Source: a bacterium
GTDB lineage: Bacteria > Muiribacteriota > UBA6191
Length of the DNA: 10,765 nt
Direction of reading: 5' to 3'
NCBI GenBank assembly: GCA_036339875.1
Contig: JAYZAC010000038.1
Span: 1-10,765 of the forward strand
The notes below the pieces were generated by a model. It ran no database searches and was not told the origin of the DNA. It saw nothing but the letters and a program-made list of their open reading frames with translations. Made by a program: the position numbers and the translations under genes. The stretch's first letter is position 1; the number at the start of each line of letters is the position of its first letter. Positions 7,864 to 10,765 of the stretch are shown here, one piece after another.

Positions 7864-7962
7864 ATGCTTAGTGATATCCATAAGAAATTATACGTTAGTG
7901 GAATTACTCTTACTGGATACTTACTGATTACAATTACTCTTCCCATTTCATCAATATCCGCG
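7864..7962 (+). other. Probable Sec signal peptide (33 aa)
   Basis: Basic HKK, an uncharged hydrophobic/Thr-rich stretch, then a Pro and ISA|SQ cleavage-like site. No lipobox Cys. Confidence 0.65.
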
Positions 7963-10765
7963 AGTCAAACTAATAGTTTCTCAGCAATCGATGGAATTAT
8001 AGCTTTTCAAAATAGAGCTCCGAAAAATCCCACTCTTACTACTGTATATTCTAGGTGGAAAAATGCGATACAGTTCTATGTTGCGTCAGGGATAAATCGT
8101 TTACCAAATTCTATGATATCTGACCTGAGAAGTGCGGGCGTGACCGTAGAAGACAATTTGTCTCAGAAGCAAATTGACGATAGTTTCAATAGTTCCAACA
8201 CGAATGTTGAAGTTATTCAGCAGTTCGAAAACTCAACTTCTTCGGACTCAAATACGTCAACCTCTGGAGCAGAATCATCTGTGGGTGAGCAAAGTAATTC
8301 AGGTCAGCTAAGCAATGACTCAGCGAGTCAAATTGCGAGCGATTTAGCTTCAGGAACAGGCAGTTCAACTGTGAATCAGACTTCTAATAGTTCTAATCCG
8401 AATTCGTCTGATGCCATTTCTTCTGACTCTATAAATTCTTCAAACTCTTCGCCTGAGGTGGGTGCTGCGGGAACTGCAGGAGCCTCCAACATCGCGGATA
8501 GTGGGTCTAACGTTGAAGAGAGTAGTTTACTGGGTAACAATAACCGGCGCACTTCTTACGTAATAAGTACTCAATTCGGAAGAATAATACAGGCGCTTGG
8601 TGGTAACAGTTCAGGAAATCTCGGTCGCTCCGCTGCAAGAGGTTTTATAAATTATGATGGTTCTAAACCGCCCTCGCTACATTCTGATGGACCAGTAAAT
8701 AGTGGTGGAGCTAACATTCCCTCCTCGGGTGGTTCTAACGGATCGATACCAGGTACTTCGGTAGGTATAAGCGAGGATCCAATTTCAGACTTAGGTGATC
8801 AGTTATCTGGTGGTGGAGGAAGTGGGTCTGATGGAGGTTTATCTGGTTCTACTACTTCTGGTTCTTCAGGTGGCAGTTCTGGCGATGATAGCGTTACGGG
8901 TGGTTATGCTGTATCTTCTAACTATACCTGTTCTTTAGGTGCGTATGGCGGGCAATGTGTAAAATACGTTCGAGATCAGTTTGCCAATCATCCAGGCGTT
9001 TCTGGTTTGTCACCATTGTGTGGTGCAAGTTCTAATTCAGAAGAGGATTGCGGTGCCAAATTTGCCTATTTAAGTGATCTGTGGGATTTAGGTTATGGTA
9101 AGGGTGTTACGCCCAGAAAAAACTCGGTAGCCGTTTGGTATTCGCAGAATAGTGATTATGGTCATATGGCTGTGGTTTACGATGTTGTGGAAAATCCTAA
9201 TGGGACGTATAACATATTGATTCATGACTCGAACTGGACTGGTAACGAGACCCAAATGTGTGCCATACCGTACGAGGTAGACACATCTACCATGCAAACG
9301 CTTCGTAATGGCAACCCAAACCCCAAAACTTTAATTGGATTTATTTATGGTGAATCTGCGGATACTGATTCCAGCGGAGACGGATCGACAACAGGTGGCT
9401 CATTCACCGCAGGCAGTACTGATGGAGGTATTTTGGCTGGAGGTCCTGCTGCGGGTGGATCGGGAGGAACTGGGACAACGGGTTTGACGGGGGATAGTTC
9501 GAATGATCAAACCGATATAAATAATGGAAATGTAACAGCTAGTCCTGTAACACTAGGATTAAGTGTTAGTTCGATTGTCTTTACAGAATATGGTGTCAGT
9601 CAAAATATTATTACAAATTCTCAAGTGATTGGTACAGACATAAGCGAGTCGGATTTCTTGCAGGCTAATCAGCAAACTAATCCAGCTTTGGTATCTTTGT
9701 ACAATGGTATTAAAAATGATGCGGATTTTAAGTACATAGCTGAATTAGCACTTGCTATAAACCCCAATCAACCGATGCCTAGATTAATCCTTGCCGACGA
9801 TAATCAAGTCAACCAAGGAAATGGAATCACACCACAATATAATCCTAATACCAACGAAATAATTCTTGGTAATGCAGCCTTTTCGCAAAACACACTAATG
9901 GAGATGAAGGTTATTGCTATTCATGAATTAGCACATTCTCAACAGAAAATTCGTGTATTTGATATGGAGCAATTATATGGACCCGATGGTCAACATTATG
10001 CCACGGAGATAACTTCTCTAACGGGTGCTTATGTTGAAGGTTATGCTGAATTTTGGCAAGCCTATTACGAACCTAGTGAATGGGCTAAGTTTCAGTTTGG
10101 AATGTCACATTGTGGCTTTCGTCGAGAGGGTAGTAATTCGACAGTTCAGAATCCAGAATATAATGGAATTGTCGGTGCTTCATTGAGTTGTGAGGATATG
10201 ATTCCTTGGACTTCGTTAGAAAAAGAAGACTTTTTTAAGATAGAGGGTTTAATTGCTTCGATTTTATTGGAAGTAGCATTGAGGATTCCAGACGGTTTTC
10301 CAAAACTTATTCAAGCATTAGTTTTGGAAAACAATGAAGGGACTACCAGTATTGATATTTTAAATATGTTAGGTCAAATACTTTCAGATGAAGATAATGC
10401 TCGCTATTTATTAATATTGGACGTCATGACAAACTTTCAGTACTCCTTAGATGAATTAAAACAGATTTCAGGGACTACCAATCTTACAATTGAAGGATTC
10501 ACATATGATCAACCGATGGCACTTCTTGGAGGACTAACGGGGCGTGACTTGATAATGCAAGAAGCTAGAAAAACTGTTGATAGTAATGGCTTCGTGGTTC
10601 ATTACAACGGTTTTCATGCATTAGATCAATTAAATACCTCAATTGGAAGCCAAGCCTTATTGCCGCGAATAGATGCGCGAGCGCTAAGTAGAGGATCAAA
10701 CAAAGCCAGTGAACCGGATGTGAGTGGGGAGATCTATTTCAGTGGTAAGAAAGAAACGGCATTTA
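7864..10765 (+). CDS. Large secreted multidomain hydrolase (signal peptide, Ser/Gly linkers, CHAP domain, HExxH zinc metallopeptidase), 3'-truncated, >=967 aa; absent from the supplied ORF track
   Basis: Hand translation from ATG 7864 (first ATG after in-frame TAA TAA at 7807-7812) finds no stop to the window end. It begins MLSDIHKKLYVSGITLTGYLLITITLPISSISA-SQ and ends ...EIYFSGKKETAF. Confidence 0.9.
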   Translation, partial: MLSDIHKKLYVSGITLTGYLLITITLPISSISASQTNSFSAIDGIIAFQNRAPKNPTLTTVYSRWKNAIQFYVASGINRLPNSMISDLRSAGVTVEDNLSQKQIDDSFNSSNTNVEVIQQFENSTSSDSNTSTSGAESSVGEQSNSGQLSNDSASQIASDLASGTGSSTVNQTSNSSNPNSSDAISSDSINSSNSSPEVGAAGTAGASNIADSGSNVEESSLLGNNNRRTSYVISTQFGRIIQALGGNSSGNLGRSAARGFINYDGSKPPSLHSDGPVNSGGANIPSSGGSNGSIPGTSVGISEDPISDLGDQLSGGGGSGSDGGLSGSTTSGSSGGSSGDDSVTGGYAVSSNYTCSLGAYGGQCVKYVRDQFANHPGVSGLSPLCGASSNSEEDCGAKFAYLSDLWDLGYGKGVTPRKNSVAVWYSQNSDYGHMAVVYDVVENPNGTYNILIHDSNWTGNETQMCAIPYEVDTSTMQTLRNGNPNPKTLIGFIYGESADTDSSGDGSTTGGSFTAGSTDGGILAGGPAAGGSGGTGTTGLTGDSSNDQTDINNGNVTASPVTLGLSVSSIVFTEYGVSQNIITNSQVIGTDISESDFLQANQQTNPALVSLYNGIKNDADFKYIAELALAINPNQPMPRLILADDNQVNQGNGITPQYNPNTNEIILGNAAFSQNTLMEMKVIAIHELAHSQQKIRVFDMEQLYGPDGQHYATEITSLTGAYVEGYAEFWQAYYEPSEWAKFQFGMSHCGFRREGSNSTVQNPEYNGIVGASLSCEDMIPWTSLEKEDFFKIEGLIASILLEVALRIPDGFPKLIQALVLENNEGTTSIDILNMLGQILSDEDNARYLLILDVMTNFQYSLDELKQISGTTNLTIEGFTYDQPMALLGGLTGRDLIMQEARKTVDSNGFVVHYNGFHALDQLNTSIGSQALLPRIDARALSRGSNKASEPDVSGEIYFSGKKETAF
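8181..8900 (+). repeat. Low-complexity Ser/Asn/Gly-rich linker 1 (protein level)
   Basis: For example NSTSSDSNTSTSGAESS, SNSSNPNSSDAISSDSINSSNSS, SGGGGSGSDGGLSGSTTSGSSGGSSG. Boundaries are approximate; there is no exact DNA tandem unit. Confidence 0.8.
8920..9351 (+). other. CHAP (cysteine, histidine-dependent amidohydrolase/peptidase) domain
   Basis: YGGQCVKYVR (Cys365 at 8956); PRKNSVAVW...YGHMAVV (His434 at 9163); ILIHDSNW (Asp455 at 9226, at the usual E-x-N position); terminal LIGFIY. Confidence 0.88.
9352..9540 (+). repeat. Low-complexity Gly/Ser/Thr-rich linker 2 (protein level)
   Basis: DTDSSGDGSTTGGSFTAGSTDGGILAGGPAAGGSGGTGTTGLTGDSS lies between the CHAP and metallopeptidase domains. 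Confidence 0.8.
9700..10440 (+). other. Gluzincin-like zinc metallopeptidase domain
   Basis: VIAIHELAHSQQ (HExxH at 9922-9936), preceded by zincin-like strands (PQYNPNTNEIILG) and followed by AYVEGYAEFW (Glu725 at 10036). Boundaries are approximate. Confidence 0.8.

Noticed and set aside
7792..7871. Upstream mini-ORFs MGETA* (7792-7809) and MSSHKGSLARELVQLYA* (7818-7871, overlapping ATG 7864)
   Set aside because: No SD and no telling codon content; ORFs this short are expected by chance.
7902..7941. Direct repeat AATTACTCTT (7902-7911, 7932-7941)
   Set aside because: Explained by the repeated ITL tripeptide in the signal peptide in AT-rich DNA; two copies only, not CRISPR-like.
9088..9297. 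69-aa minus-strand ORF
   Set aside because: Antisense to the CHAP domain of the long plus-strand ORF, which has clear catalytic motifs.
10338..10480. 11-bp direct repeat AGGGACTACCA (10338-10348, 10470-10480)
   Set aside because: Both encode GTT in frame and the flanking protein sequence is not repeated; likely coincidence.

Overview
AT-rich bacterial DNA with six protein-coding genes. (1) 1-4614 (+): the 3' end of an operon of three abutting genes: a large 5'-truncated helical/TPR-like protein, a short MoxR/RavA-type AAA+ ATPase, and a ViaA-like partner with no recognisable MIDAS motif. Its motifs resemble the MoxR-vWA 'ternary' biological-conflict systems (FtsH-ternary type). (2) A convergent bifunctional NAD(P)HX repair gene, nnr (-). 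(3) A divergent cobalamin-binding radical SAM gene (+). The 76-bp nnr/rSAM spacer holds two mirror-image extended -10 boxes, each 6 nt from its ATG, suggesting two leaderless mRNAs. (4) 7864->10765 (+): a >=967-aa ORF missing from the ORF track because it runs off the window. It encodes a signal peptide, Ser/Gly-rich linkers, a CHAP cysteine amidase/peptidase domain and an HExxH...EGxA zinc metallopeptidase domain. No rRNA, tRNA, CRISPR array or mobile element was seen. Family assignments come from motif recognition by eye, not from database searches.
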